64,000 nucleotides of DNA, taken from positions 320,687 to 384,686 of the forward strand of contig JADKHI010000002.1 of NCBI GenBank assembly GCA_016721825.1. The letters run 5' to 3'. The notes beneath the pieces were generated by a model. The model made no database searches. It was not told where the DNA came from and saw nothing but the letters and a program-made list of their open reading frames with translations. Positions 19,416 through 30,467 of the stretch are shown here, piece after piece. Origin of the DNA: Flavobacteriales bacterium (lineage in GTDB: Bacteria; Bacteroidota; Bacteroidia; Flavobacteriales_F; PHOS-HE28). Position 1 is the first letter of the stretch. The number at the start of each line of letters is the position of its first letter. Made by a program: the position numbers and the translations under genes.

Positions 19416-20119
19416 GCAGGGAGCGGCTTCTTGGAAAGGATGAGCAGGTTGGCGTCGTAGGTCACGATGCCCAGCAGAATGGAGTTGATCAAGCGGCCCA
19501 CTGGCACTTGGTAGTAGCGATCGTCGCCCAGGGGATTGTCCTGATAGGGGTCGGCAACAAGCACCTTCTTGCCTTCCATACCGCAGAGCACAACGAAGTG
19601 GCCCATGGGCTTGCCGCGCAGGTCGTCGAACACGCTCTGTCCATTGCTACCAGAGTATTCGCGCTTGCTCTTGTACAGGTAGGTGGCGCTGAGTCCGGTG
19701 AGGACCGGCAGGTCGTGATCGAAGTAGCGCTGAAGCAACGAAGGCCGCGGGTCGTCGAAGCGGACCTCGCCGCCCATCTTAAGGAACCGGGCATAGGCCA
19801 GGCAAGCGGAGTGCAGCTTCTTTCCTTCCTTGAAGCGGGTCTGCGCAACGAGCTTCTTACGGAGCATCTCGCTCGAAAGGCCTTCCCAACTGGGATCGAA
19901 CACGCGCAGGTTGTAACTGTGGATGCGGGCGTGGAAGCCATGCTTCAAGGCATGAAGACCGAGGAACACGGCCAGCGTGCCGCCATCTTCCAAATGGTGC
20001 ACCTCACCGATCACCTCGTCGAGACCGACGTCGAGTCCGAAGTACTGGTATACCGCGTGCAGCGCGGTGGGGCCGCAGGTACTGTCGTCCGGTTGGGCGA
20101 GGATCCGAATAGCGCGCAT
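19412..20119 (-). CDS. papain-fold / C39-like cysteine peptidase
   Basis: QPDDSTCGPTAL (Cys), MGHFVVL (His) and LVADP (Asp) in the order expected for C39-like peptidases. ATG at 20119; the track start at 20125 is TTG. Confidence 0.6.
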   Translation of the reverse strand: MRAIRILAQPDDSTCGPTALHAVYQYFGLDVGLDEVIGEVHHLEDGGTLAVFLGLHALKHGFHARIHSYNLRVFDPSWEGLSSEMLRKKLVAQTRFKEGKKLHSACLAYARFLKMGGEVRFDDPRPSLLQRYFDHDLPVLTGLSATYLYKSKREYSGSNGQSVFDDLRGKPMGHFVVLCGMEGKKVLVADPYQDNPLGDDRYYQVPVGRLINSILLGIVTYDANLLILSKKPLPA

Positions 20120-20208
20120 GACCAAGGCTCAAAGGTGGCACGGTGACAGGGGCTGGGAACGTTCGTCCAGCGCGCGGCATCCACGGATCGATGTGGACAG
20201 CGGAACCT

Positions 20209-21174
20209 TCAGATACCCGGGTTCAGCGGGCTGGTGGGGGTGGCGCCAGGAAGCCAATTGCCGCGCGGGCGGAAAAGGCGGGGTAGCTCCCGTTCGGCAT
20301 CGAACCACAGCAGGTTGTCCGGGTTCAGGCTGCTGCGAAGGAGGAAACGGGCATCCCGGGTCGCGAAGATGGAGACCACGATCGGCGCAGGACGGGTAAC
20401 GTCCGTTATGGTCAGCGTGGCCACTTCAGGCAGGCTGTCCAAGCTGGCACCTTTGGCTGCGGAATGGGCTTCGCTACGCGCCAGGCTGCGCAGGTAATCG
20501 GCCACACGAGCTGTATCGGAAAGGACGCTGTCGAGCATCCAGATACCATTGGAGCGCTGAAGCACGTAGTCGTTCCCCGGGAAGCGATAGTGCAGGTAGC
20601 TCCAGTTCTTCGGATCGCCGATGACCACAGTGCGCGGGCGCCAATCCTCCACCTTCATTTCGGTGACCATGCTGAGCTTTCCATCCACGGCGAAGACCTC
20701 GCGCTCACCCGGCACGTTCACGTGCGACCACGGGCCTTTCGGGCTGAAGGTGCTTTTGCCGATCAATAGCTCCTGCTTGGAACCGTCATTCAGCTCAATG
20801 ATCATGCGGTCGGCCAGCGTGTCGTTCAGGTCGTAGCGGTCTTTCACCAGGTCCATGGTGCCGACCTGCCGCTTCACACGCATGTCAGCGAGCGGTGCCA
20901 GCACGTCCAGCACGTACTTGTTGTCCACGCGTAACGTATCTGCCTTGGAGTAGAGGCGCCACAGCCCACCCTCGCGCACCACGCGTACATCCGGCCGCAA
21001 TGTGCCTCCGGGTTCGATCACGATCGCTTTCACCTCAGCCGTATCCAAGGTCAGCACCACCTCGCGGTACGTACGGTCCTTGGACCGCATGCCGTAGCGG
21101 TCCCCGATGAACCAGAGCAGGGCCAGTGCGACCACCACGATCACCAAGGCCTTGGTACGCGCGTTACTGGACAT
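20209..21174 (-). CDS. membrane-anchored protein, DUF4340-like
   Basis: N-terminal TM anchor ALVIVVVALALLWFI. Sits immediately after a GldG-like gene with an 11-nt overlap. Confidence 0.5.
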   Translation of the reverse strand: MSSNARTKALVIVVVALALLWFIGDRYGMRSKDRTYREVVLTLDTAEVKAIVIEPGGTLRPDVRVVREGGLWRLYSKADTLRVDNKYVLDVLAPLADMRVKRQVGTMDLVKDRYDLNDTLADRMIIELNDGSKQELLIGKSTFSPKGPWSHVNVPGEREVFAVDGKLSMVTEMKVEDWRPRTVVIGDPKNWSYLHYRFPGNDYVLQRSNGIWMLDSVLSDTARVADYLRSLARSEAHSAAKGASLDSLPEVATLTITDVTRPAPIVVSIFATRDARFLLRSSLNPDNLLWFDAERELPRLFRPRGNWLPGATPTSPLNPGI

Positions 21175-22690
21175 GGCCTGGGTGCATTCGTTGATCGCGT
21201 TGCTTCTTTCTCCAACGCAGCCGGAAGGCTCCATAACCCAGCACCAGCACCACCGGAAGCAGAAGCATCGACCACTTGATCAGGGCACGTTCGCCATCCG
21301 ACACTTCGTCGAGCGGCCTGTATCCGATGCCTTTGTTGCGCAGTTCGATGAGCCCTGTGCGGTCCGTGGTCCAATCCACCGCGTTCACCAGCAGGTTCAC
21401 ATTGTCCGGCTCGATCTGCATGGGCTGTTGTCCATTGCCGTTCAGCACGAAGCCGCCGTTGCCGACCACCACCATCCGCGAAGGGTGCCCGTTGGTCAGT
21501 TGACCTTCCAGCGCGGCGCCGACCGTCTGCGGGCCGAGCAGGAAGTCCATGTCGTTCCACTGCTTCTGGATGTCGATGACCTGTGGGGCAGGCAGTGAAT
21601 TGCTTCGCTTGCTGGTGAACAACAGTGGTGTCCACTTCACACGGCTGCTATCACCGGTGAAGGACAGTGGTGAGGTGAACTGGAACACCACCGCATCAAG
21701 GCCGCTGGAAACCGGATGTGGGCTGTAGCCGGAAATGATCGGGAAGTAGGGGAACATCACCGGTACCGGCATGGTGAACTGGCCTCGCTGTTGCAGCACC
21801 TGTACCTGTCCGCAGTTCGCGTCGATCAACACCCGCGGCTCCAAGCCTACGCCTCGTTGGGCAAGCCAATCGGCAAGATCGGGGCGGCGCAAGCTGATCA
21901 TGTTCGATGTGTTCACATCCGTGCTCAGGTTGGAAGAGGCCACCACGAGACCCCGTCCCTTGGCCATGAAGGCTTCGAGCTGTTTCAGTTGGAGCGCCGG
22001 AATGGAGTCCTTCGGATCGATCCAGATCAAGGCGCTGAATCGGTCGTGGATGGGGAAGCTGTCGTAGATGGCCATGGGTTCCACGGCATACAGGACGCTC
22101 AGTGCTTGTTCCAGTTGGGGCATGTTGCCCATGGCAGGTTCGCCGTGCCCCTGGATCAACCCGATGGCGGGCTTGTCCACAATACTCACGCGCTTCATGG
22201 CCGAACTCAGCTCCCACTCCAACGAACTGCCCGGCTGAAGCACAGGGATGATGGCCGTCTGCTCGCCCATCTGTACCACCGCGCCCATATACACTTTGAG
22301 CTGTTCGGCCTTGTCCTTTTCGCGCGTGTTCACGAGCACCCACCGCACCCCGCTCTCTGTCGCCTGTTTCTCCAAGCTGTCGGCGGTGTTCGGATCCACG
22401 AAGGCGAAGACAACGTTGCCTTTGCTGCGCTCGGCGTATTCCACCAACAGGTCCTTCAGGTCCTGCCGCACCATGGCCAGGTCGGGGGGAAGGTCTTCGG
22501 TGAAGTAGGCCGTCACCGTCACCGCCTCGGGCAGTGAATCCAGCATCTCGATGGTGGCTGCGCTAAGGGTGTAGCGTCCGTCGCCGGTGAGGTCCTTACG
22601 CACATGGTAGCGATGCCCGAGCAGGTTCACCAGCACGAGCGCCAGCAGCACAAGCACCACGTTGCGGAGGGAGCGGGCGCGCAGGCTCAT
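21164..22690 (-). CDS. GldG-like ABC-transporter auxiliary protein
   Basis: N-terminal TM segment plus DLTGDGRYTLSAATIEMLDSL pattern, and a C-terminal TM segment. ATGA overlap with the permease gene. Confidence 0.65.
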   Translation of the reverse strand: MSLRARSLRNVVLVLLALVLVNLLGHRYHVRKDLTGDGRYTLSAATIEMLDSLPEAVTVTAYFTEDLPPDLAMVRQDLKDLLVEYAERSKGNVVFAFVDPNTADSLEKQATESGVRWVLVNTREKDKAEQLKVYMGAVVQMGEQTAIIPVLQPGSSLEWELSSAMKRVSIVDKPAIGLIQGHGEPAMGNMPQLEQALSVLYAVEPMAIYDSFPIHDRFSALIWIDPKDSIPALQLKQLEAFMAKGRGLVVASSNLSTDVNTSNMISLRRPDLADWLAQRGVGLEPRVLIDANCGQVQVLQQRGQFTMPVPVMFPYFPIISGYSPHPVSSGLDAVVFQFTSPLSFTGDSSRVKWTPLLFTSKRSNSLPAPQVIDIQKQWNDMDFLLGPQTVGAALEGQLTNGHPSRMVVVGNGGFVLNGNGQQPMQIEPDNVNLLVNAVDWTTDRTGLIELRNKGIGYRPLDEVSDGERALIKWSMLLLPVVLVLGYGAFRLRWRKKQRDQRMHPGHVQ

Positions 22691-23424
22691 GACCGATCGA
22701 ACATGCGTTTGGCCAGGTTGCGTTCCGCCAGCACCAGCGCGAACACGATCACGCTGGCGAAGTACACGAGGTCGCGGCTGTCCACAACACCCCGGCTCAT
22801 GCTATCGAAATGCTCCGCAGTGCTCAGGAACTGGAAGAAAACGCCGAGCGGCCCAGTGAAGTTGGAGCTGAGCACCATGGCCAGCACATGGAACACCACG
22901 ATGACGAGCATGCCCACGAGAAAGGCCTCGATCTGGTTGCGGGAAAGGCTGCTCGCATAGATGCCAATGGCCACGTAACCAGCGCTCATGCACAGGAGTC
23001 CGAAGTATCCGCACCACACAGCACCGTGGTCCATGGAGCCCATGCTCGCGATGGCGAAGTAGTAGGGTAGGGTGAAGGCCAGTGCAAATACGATCAATAG
23101 CAGGCAGGCCAGGAATTTTCCACCCACGACCTGCCCGTCGGAAACATCTTTGGTCAACAACAGGTCGAGCGTTCCGGATCGACGCTCTTCCGCCAGCGTT
23201 CGCATGGTGAGCGCCGGGATGAAGAGGAAGAGGGTCCAATAGGCGGTCTGGAAGAAGGCGGAAAGGTCGGCCTGTTTTCGCATGAACACGTCCGGGTACC
23301 AGGCGCCGTACCACCAGGTGAAAAAGCCCCAGCTGCCCAGGAGGACCACCAGCAGGATGTAGGCCATGGGACCATCGAAGAAGGAGGCCAGTTCGCGCCG
23401 GGCGATGATCCAGGTCTTCCGCAT
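22687..23424 (-). CDS. ABC-2 type transporter permease (GldF-like)
   Basis: MRKTWIIARRELASFFDGPMAY start, six hydrophobic segments, 245 aa. Confidence 0.7.
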   Translation of the reverse strand: MRKTWIIARRELASFFDGPMAYILLVVLLGSWGFFTWWYGAWYPDVFMRKQADLSAFFQTAYWTLFLFIPALTMRTLAEERRSGTLDLLLTKDVSDGQVVGGKFLACLLLIVFALAFTLPYYFAIASMGSMDHGAVWCGYFGLLCMSAGYVAIGIYASSLSRNQIEAFLVGMLVIVVFHVLAMVLSSNFTGPLGVFFQFLSTAEHFDSMSRGVVDSRDLVYFASVIVFALVLAERNLAKRMFDRS

Positions 23425-23425
23425 C

Positions 23426-24349
23426 TCAGTCCAGGGTCAGTTCGCGGAACACATCCTCCAGTCGCGTTTCCACCTGGTGCAGGCCGGTAAGGATCCAGCG
23501 GCGCTGCACGCAGAGCTGGAAGATGGTGCGCTCCAGTTGCATACCCGGGGCCACACGCAGCAGATAGCCGTTGGCACCATCGGCAGTGACCTCTTCGACC
23601 TGTTCGATCGATCGGAACGCATCGAGCACTTCCTGCTGAACAGCTTCTTCGATCCGGACATTCAGCATCGCACGTCCTTGGGCCTTGCCACGCAGCTCCG
23701 CAGGACCTCCATCGGCCACGATACGGCCCTTGTCGATGATGAGGATCCGGTCACAGGTGGCCTCGACCTCAGGAAGGATGTGCGTGCTGAAGATCACCGT
23801 CTTGGCTTGTCCAAGCTCTTTGATCAGCTCACGGATCTCCACGATCTGGTTGGGGTCGAGACCGGTGGTAGGCTCGTCGAGGATGAGGACGTCCGGGTCG
23901 TGCACCATGGCCTGCGCCAGCCCTACGCGTTGCCGGTAGCCTTTGCTGAGCTCGCCAACGCGCTTGTGTTTCTCCCGGTCAAGGCAACAGGCTTCCACCA
24001 TGGTGCGCAGGCGCTCATCGATGCGGTCGGCGGGCACGGCCTGTAGCTTGGCAGCGAACCGCAGCAGGTCCAGCACCGGCATGTCCTCGTAGAGCGGATT
24101 GCTTTCGGGCAGGTAGCCGATCATGCGGCGTACCACTTCGGGTTCCGTGGCGACATCATGTCCCCCGACGGTGATCTTACCTGCGTTCGGCGCAGTGAGC
24201 CCACAGATGAGCTTCATGGTGGTGGACTTGCCCGCACCGTTGGGCCCGAGAAAGCCGAGCACTTCGCCCGCGCGCACCGTGAAGCTGATCCCGTCAACGG
24301 CCTTCTGTGGGCCGTAGCGCTTGGTCAGGTCTTCGATGCGGATGTCCAT
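23426..24349 (-). CDS. ABC transporter ATP-binding protein
   Basis: Walker A GPNGAGKST, signature LSKGYRQR, Walker B LILDEPTTGLD. Confidence 0.9.
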   Translation of the reverse strand: MDIRIEDLTKRYGPQKAVDGISFTVRAGEVLGFLGPNGAGKSTTMKLICGLTAPNAGKITVGGHDVATEPEVVRRMIGYLPESNPLYEDMPVLDLLRFAAKLQAVPADRIDERLRTMVEACCLDREKHKRVGELSKGYRQRVGLAQAMVHDPDVLILDEPTTGLDPNQIVEIRELIKELGQAKTVIFSTHILPEVEATCDRILIIDKGRIVADGGPAELRGKAQGRAMLNVRIEEAVQQEVLDAFRSIEQVEEVTADGANGYLLRVAPGMQLERTIFQLCVQRRWILTGLHQVETRLEDVFRELTLD

Positions 24350-24358
24350 GGGCGTCGC

Positions 24359-24366
24359 CGAAGATA
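24359..24366 (-). promoter_or_regulatory. candidate Bacteroidota -7 box TATCTTCG upstream of the ABC operon
   Basis: Matches TAnnTTTG with one change, 9 nt upstream of the ATG at 24349. Confidence 0.3.
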
Positions 24367-24409
24367 CCGGAGCGTTTGAACGCGGGACCGGTGGGCGCGT
24401 GAAGAACTG

Positions 24410-25021
24410 TTAAGACCCGACACGATGTGCGTCCTCCTTGCCCTTGCCTTCGCGGATCATCTCCAAGGCCTGGGCGATACGCCGTTTCCGGGTCTCGTCC
24501 TGCTTGGCATCGGTCACCCACTCGATGTATTCCTTCTTGCAGCTGTAGGTGAAACCCTCCCAGTTGGCCCAGGCAGTAGGGTCCTTGTGCAGCACGTTGC
24601 CTAGGTCATCCGGCAGCACCAGAGCCTTGCGCGCTGGCTTGGCATCCGTAAGCTTCGTGCCTTTCTCGTTCAAGGCAACGGCCTGTTTCACCAGGTCCAC
24701 GAAGGCCGCTTCGTTGATGGCATCCCCTTCGACCAGCTTGTAGGAGCGCATGCCTTTTTCCTCTCCCTTCGCCAGCTTCTCAAAGAGCGACTTGGGGTCT
24801 TTGATCAATGAGCCCTTGTGGAACCAGACGGCAACGTGCTCTTTGAAGCCTTGAAGGCCGATCATGATCCCGTTGTGGTCGAAATGCGGACTGTTCCATT
24901 TCCAGGTCTCTTCCACCTCCGCGTCCGTGGAGTGGATCAGCTGGCGACAGCGAACGAGCAGCTTGCGCTGCCATTCAGGGAGTTCGGAGATGTAACTGTT
25001 GATCTGTTCCTGGGGGAGCAT
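24410..25021 (-). CDS. DUF1801 / YdeI-type two-domain protein
   Basis: N-terminal YdhG-like region (WKWNSPHF) and C-terminal YdeI-like region (KKEYIEWVTDAK). Assignment is from memory. Confidence 0.55.
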   Translation of the reverse strand: MLPQEQINSYISELPEWQRKLLVRCRQLIHSTDAEVEETWKWNSPHFDHNGIMIGLQGFKEHVAVWFHKGSLIKDPKSLFEKLAKGEEKGMRSYKLVEGDAINEAAFVDLVKQAVALNEKGTKLTDAKPARKALVLPDDLGNVLHKDPTAWANWEGFTYSCKKEYIEWVTDAKQDETRKRRIAQALEMIREGKGKEDAHRVGS

Positions 25022-25047
25022 GGGCAGATGGACTGTTGGGAGCGCCC

Positions 25048-26664
25048 TTACTTGGCGGATTCCTTGCTGAACTGGATGAGCACCGGATAGGTCATGTCCG
25101 AGCCGAAGCCCGGTGTGCCGATGGTGACGAGGGTATTGGGGTTGAGGCGCCAGATGCTGGAGGCCTTGAAGTACCCTTGTTGTAGACCGTCCTTCATGAT
25201 CTGGCGGGGCTTCTCCGTACCATCGGGCTTGAACTCCAACAACGTGGCGTCCTTGCCTGAGCTGATACGGTCGAGGGGCTCTTTCTTCTTGCGCTTCTCG
25301 TAGTTGGCCATGTCGTCGTTCAAGAGGATGAACAAGGCTCCCTCAAAGGTCGCACAGATCAGACGGCCCGGGATGTCGTTATCGTACGACATGTCACGAT
25401 CGATCTGCTTGTACCATTTCGCATCGCCCTCAGCGCCCAGGTCCATCACATGCAGGTCCCAGTTGTCCCAGCTGTACTTGGGTTTCTTGTTGCCGCTAAG
25501 GTCGCTGACCATGGTGGTGATGCGGGCACTTCCGTGAGCCACGAGGTAGGCGCCACCATCCTTGCGGGGCATCACGCGCTCCACCACGATGTCGGTCTGG
25601 TAACGCTCTTCGTCCTTGGTCTTGATCTTCACCATCTGCTTGGCCAGCGGGTGCTGCTTCCAGTTGCCCCAGGCCATGGTGTTCACATCAAGTGTGGTGT
25701 AGTAGAGCCCCACGGCTTCGTTGCGATTGAGATCGGGCTGGCTGTACACCCCGGCCACGGCCAGGTTCCCATCAGCGCGGAAGGCGAAGGTGGCGTCCAT
25801 GGCATAGTCCTCGGCAGGTAGGTCGATGGCGGCGGTGCGCTGACCGGCGCTATCCAACTTGTAGAGCGCGTAGCTGTAACCGATCTCGCCCTTGGTCTTG
25901 GGTTCGGGGTTGCTAACGTTCTTCACCAGGTACCACACGGCGCCGGCCTTGTCCACCTGCGTGTCGAGGATCTTCACGGATCGCGCGCTGGCATCGGTCT
26001 GGAGCGTGTAGTTCCACAAGGGCTTCATGTCCTTGCCGAGCACCATGGCGAAAATGGGACAACCGGCGCTGCGGCTGGTGGTGTTGGGGGTCAGCTGCAG
26101 CAGGAGCTTGGTGCTGTCGGTGTTCACGATCGTGGTGAAGCCGATGGACATGTTGCTCTGGAAGTACTCCGGCCCCTTGCCCAAGCGGTCGTAGGGCAGT
26201 TCGGTGATGATCTGCGCTCCTTTGCCGGTGAGGCTACGGGGGCTCAGCACTTGTTGGATCAGCAGGAGCTTGTTGTTCTCGGGATCCGGCTTGGAGGCGA
26301 TCATGCGGAACTGCCCGCCGAAGTACTCGATGGTCTCAATGGCCACAGGGCCTTCGCCCCACACCACCTTGGGCTTGTCGTTCTTGATGGGCAGCATGGT
26401 CTCGGTGGCGTAGCTCCAGAGCGACCAGTCGGTCTGCACCTGGCTGAGGCCGCCCAGCACGGGGTCGCCGCCTTTGGTCTTCAGGGCCACCACGGATCCA
26501 GCGTCGCCCTTCACCACTTTCACGACCCCATGATCCTCGTCCGCCTTTCCGCCGATGTCGGCCTTCACCTTTACGCGCACCTTGCTCTCCTGGGCGAAGA
26601 GGAGGGCGGGGGCGCTAAGGAGCGCCAGCGTCAGCAGGGGAAGGGTGAGGGTCCGGAGGCGCAT
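25048..26664 (-). CDS. hypothetical secreted protein
   Basis: Signal peptide MRLRTLTLPLLTLALLSAPALLFAQ at ATG 26664. Beta-rich composition, no motif recognised. Confidence 0.6.
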   Translation of the reverse strand: MRLRTLTLPLLTLALLSAPALLFAQESKVRVKVKADIGGKADEDHGVVKVVKGDAGSVVALKTKGGDPVLGGLSQVQTDWSLWSYATETMLPIKNDKPKVVWGEGPVAIETIEYFGGQFRMIASKPDPENNKLLLIQQVLSPRSLTGKGAQIITELPYDRLGKGPEYFQSNMSIGFTTIVNTDSTKLLLQLTPNTTSRSAGCPIFAMVLGKDMKPLWNYTLQTDASARSVKILDTQVDKAGAVWYLVKNVSNPEPKTKGEIGYSYALYKLDSAGQRTAAIDLPAEDYAMDATFAFRADGNLAVAGVYSQPDLNRNEAVGLYYTTLDVNTMAWGNWKQHPLAKQMVKIKTKDEERYQTDIVVERVMPRKDGGAYLVAHGSARITTMVSDLSGNKKPKYSWDNWDLHVMDLGAEGDAKWYKQIDRDMSYDNDIPGRLICATFEGALFILLNDDMANYEKRKKKEPLDRISSGKDATLLEFKPDGTEKPRQIMKDGLQQGYFKASSIWRLNPNTLVTIGTPGFGSDMTYPVLIQFSKESAK

Positions 26665-26741
26665 GGGCAGGTGGGTGTTCCGCAATGGGGGGGTGAAAAT
26701 AGAGGTCGTCATGGAACCGGACGTTCCAAGCATCAGGCCGA

Positions 26742-27953
<1,212 letters not shown>

Positions 27954-27985
27954 GCTTGGTGCGCCGAAGGCTCGGCGATGGCTTA

Positions 27986-28426
27986 TCAGGGTTTCGGTTC
28001 TTCCTCCGGGAACCAGGGCTTGCCCGTGCGGTACACCGTGCCTTTGAACAGGGCCACGGTCTTACCGTGTTCGTCGGTGACGGTCACATGGTACACGCCG
28101 ATGCTGCGGCTCAGGCTTTTCTCCTCGCTGTTGGCCGTGAGCACATCGCCTTCCTTCAAGGCCCGCGTGTGGCTGATGGAGGTCTCCACGCTCACCGCTT
28201 GGATGCCGTGGGAGTTGGAGGCGAAGGCCAGGCAGCTATCGGCCAGGGAATAGGTGATGCCGCCATGGGCGATGGCGAAGCCGTTGAGCATCTCGTTCCG
28301 CACCGTCATCCGCAATTCACAATGGCCGGGGCGCAGTGCAACACGTTCGATCCCCAGCCAGATGCTGAAGGGGTCGTTGTCGTACATGCGGGCCACGACC
28401 TTCTCGGCCAGTTCCTGGGGCGTCAT
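27986..28426 (-). CDS. paaI: hotdog-fold thioesterase, PaaI-like
   Basis: NGFAIAHGGITYSLADS motif, about 146 aa from ATG 28426, next to the thiolase. Confidence 0.7.
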   Translation of the reverse strand: MTPQELAEKVVARMYDNDPFSIWLGIERVALRPGHCELRMTVRNEMLNGFAIAHGGITYSLADSCLAFASNSHGIQAVSVETSISHTRALKEGDVLTANSEEKSLSRSIGVYHVTVTDEHGKTVALFKGTVYRTGKPWFPEEEPKP

Positions 28427-28449
28427 CGGGCACGAAAGTAGGGTGCAGG

Positions 28450-28959
28450 CTAGATGAGCTCCTTGGGCAGCACACCCTCGTGCTCCAACAGCCACTTCTT
28501 GCGCCAGAGCTCGCCCGCATAACCGCTCAACAGGCCGTTCTTGCCGATCACCCGGTGGCAAGGCACCAGGATCAGCAGCGGGTTATCGCCACAGGCGGTG
28601 CCGGCGGAACGGGCGTTGCCACCCACCACGTCGCTAAGCTGCTCGTAGGTGAGGGCCTTGCCGAAGGCGATCTTGGAGAGTTGCTTCCAGATGCTCTTCC
28701 GGTAATCCGATCCTACTTGGAACAAGGGCAGGTCGAACTTGGTGCGCCGTCCGGCGAAGTAGCCCTTTAGCTGCTCCGTGGCCTCTTTCAAGGCCTTAGG
28801 TTGCTTACCGCCATGGCCGCGCCCCAACGACTTGAAGGAAACGCGCGTGATGCGCTCACCGTCGCATTCCACGTACACCTTGCCAATGGGGCTTTCCACC
28901 GAGGCGACGTACATGGGTCCGAACAGTTCAGGGGCTTCTCCGGGTGACCGCATTTTCAT
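28450..28959 (-). CDS. ogt: methylated-DNA-protein-cysteine methyltransferase
   Basis: Active-site PCHRV (LILVPCHRVIG). Confidence 0.85.
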   Translation of the reverse strand: MKMRSPGEAPELFGPMYVASVESPIGKVYVECDGERITRVSFKSLGRGHGGKQPKALKEATEQLKGYFAGRRTKFDLPLFQVGSDYRKSIWKQLSKIAFGKALTYEQLSDVVGGNARSAGTACGDNPLLILVPCHRVIGKNGLLSGYAGELWRKKWLLEHEGVLPKELI

Positions 28960-28995
28960 GCAAACTTGCAGGCAGGGACACGAATGTAATCACCC

Positions 28996-29661
28996 ATGGC
29001 TTGGTTCACGGACGACTTCAACCGCTTCTTCAAGGAGCTGGCAAAGAACAACAACAAGGACTGGTTCGATGCGAACCGGAAGCGCTATGAGAAGACCGTG
29101 AAGGAGCCTTTCTCGGGCTTCGTTCTGGAGATGATCAAGCGCATCCATGCAGTGGATAAGGCGGTGCACATCGAGCCCAAGGACGCGATCTTCCGCATCA
29201 ACAGGGACATCCGTTTCAGCAAGGACAAGACGCCTTACAAGCTGAACAGCTCGGCCATCATTTCATCCAGCGGTCGCAAGGACCACGGCACGCCTGGCAT
29301 CTACTTCGAGCTGGGACCTGAGCATGTGGCCATCTACGGCGGTCGCTACCAGCCGGAGCCGGAAGACCTCCGCATGATCCGGGAGCACATTGCTGGCAAC
29401 CTCAAGAAGTTCAAGACCTTGCGTGAGGACAAGACCTTCGTGAAGCTCTTCGGGACCATCCAAGGGGAGCGGAACAAGGTGCTGCCCGCCGAGTTGAGGG
29501 CGGCTGCGGAAAAGGAACCGTTGCTGTACAACAAACAATTCTACTGGACCTCGGAGCACCCCGCGAAGCTCGTTACCGACCCAACGCTGGCGGATCTCCT
29601 GATGGAGCACTACCACGCCATGCGGCCGCTGAACGCCTTCCTCGGCGGACCGAGGGGGTGA
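28996..29661 (+). CDS. DUF2461 family protein
   Basis: FFKELAKNNNKDWFDANRKRYE start pattern, recalled for this family. Confidence 0.6.
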   Translation: MAWFTDDFNRFFKELAKNNNKDWFDANRKRYEKTVKEPFSGFVLEMIKRIHAVDKAVHIEPKDAIFRINRDIRFSKDKTPYKLNSSAIISSSGRKDHGTPGIYFELGPEHVAIYGGRYQPEPEDLRMIREHIAGNLKKFKTLREDKTFVKLFGTIQGERNKVLPAELRAAAEKEPLLYNKQFYWTSEHPAKLVTDPTLADLLMEHYHAMRPLNAFLGGPRG

Positions 29662-29714
29662 AAGCAAGAAGCGCCCGCCTTTCGGCGAGCGCTCCCTCAC
29701 TTTCACCTTGGTGC

Positions 29715-30362
29715 TTACTGGGCCTTGCCCGTCAACACCACGGAGAGGACGATGTCATCGGCAAGGAACATATCCTTTGCAGGGTTCGCCCATGTGGCGC
29801 CGTACTTCTGGCGGTCGAAGATCAGTTTGCCGGTGGCGGTCACAGTGCCGTCGGCGTTCGGGGTCACCATGATCTCGGTAACCTTCTCGGTACTGGTCTT
29901 GCCACGCACGGTCAGGTCAGCGGTGGCGGTGTTGCCTTCCACAGCCGTGATCTTCACGGTGGCGGTGGGGAAACTGTCCACAGCGAAGAACGCCGGGCTG
30001 CTGAGGTGACCGATCAGGCCTTCACGGGGGTGCTCTGCACTGTAGCCGTCGTCCTTGGGATCGATGCTCTTCATGTCAGCCGTGAAATTGCCACCGGTCA
30101 ACTGGCCACCTTTGGTCATTAGAACGCCCTCGGTCAAGGTCAGCTCACCGAAGTGGCTGTAGGCCTTCACTCCGGTCATGTTGCCTTCCCACTTCACCTT
30201 GCTGGCAGCAGGGTCGATGGTGTAGGTCATTTCCTTTGATGCAGCGGCAGCGATGCTATCGGCCACGGCCTTTTCACGCGCAGCGGCCTGCTCTGCTGCG
30301 GAGGGTCCACAGGACACGAAGATCACAGCTGCAGCAGCAGCGCTCAGTACGGTCAGTTTCAT
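29715..30362 (-). CDS. YceI family periplasmic lipoprotein
   Basis: Lipobox AVIFVSCG at ATG 30362, with repeated YceI-like beta segments. Confidence 0.6.
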   Translation of the reverse strand: MKLTVLSAAAAAVIFVSCGPSAAEQAAAREKAVADSIAAAASKEMTYTIDPAASKVKWEGNMTGVKAYSHFGELTLTEGVLMTKGGQLTGGNFTADMKSIDPKDDGYSAEHPREGLIGHLSSPAFFAVDSFPTATVKITAVEGNTATADLTVRGKTSTEKVTEIMVTPNADGTVTATGKLIFDRQKYGATWANPAKDMFLADDIVLSVVLTGKAQ

Positions 30363-30467
30363 GGGATGTCGAAAAGAGGTTGGTTGAGGCCGCAAAGAAA
30401 GGCATAGAAATGATTCCATGGAAACTATTTCAATGGAATTTTCGAAGGTCACGGCAAAGGGAGCAGG

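Noticed and set aside
23426-24349. Calling this ABC ATPase gldA
   Set aside because: It is encoded with its own permease and GldG-like paralogues, so orthology to GldA cannot be established without a phylogeny. It stays a generic ABC ATPase.
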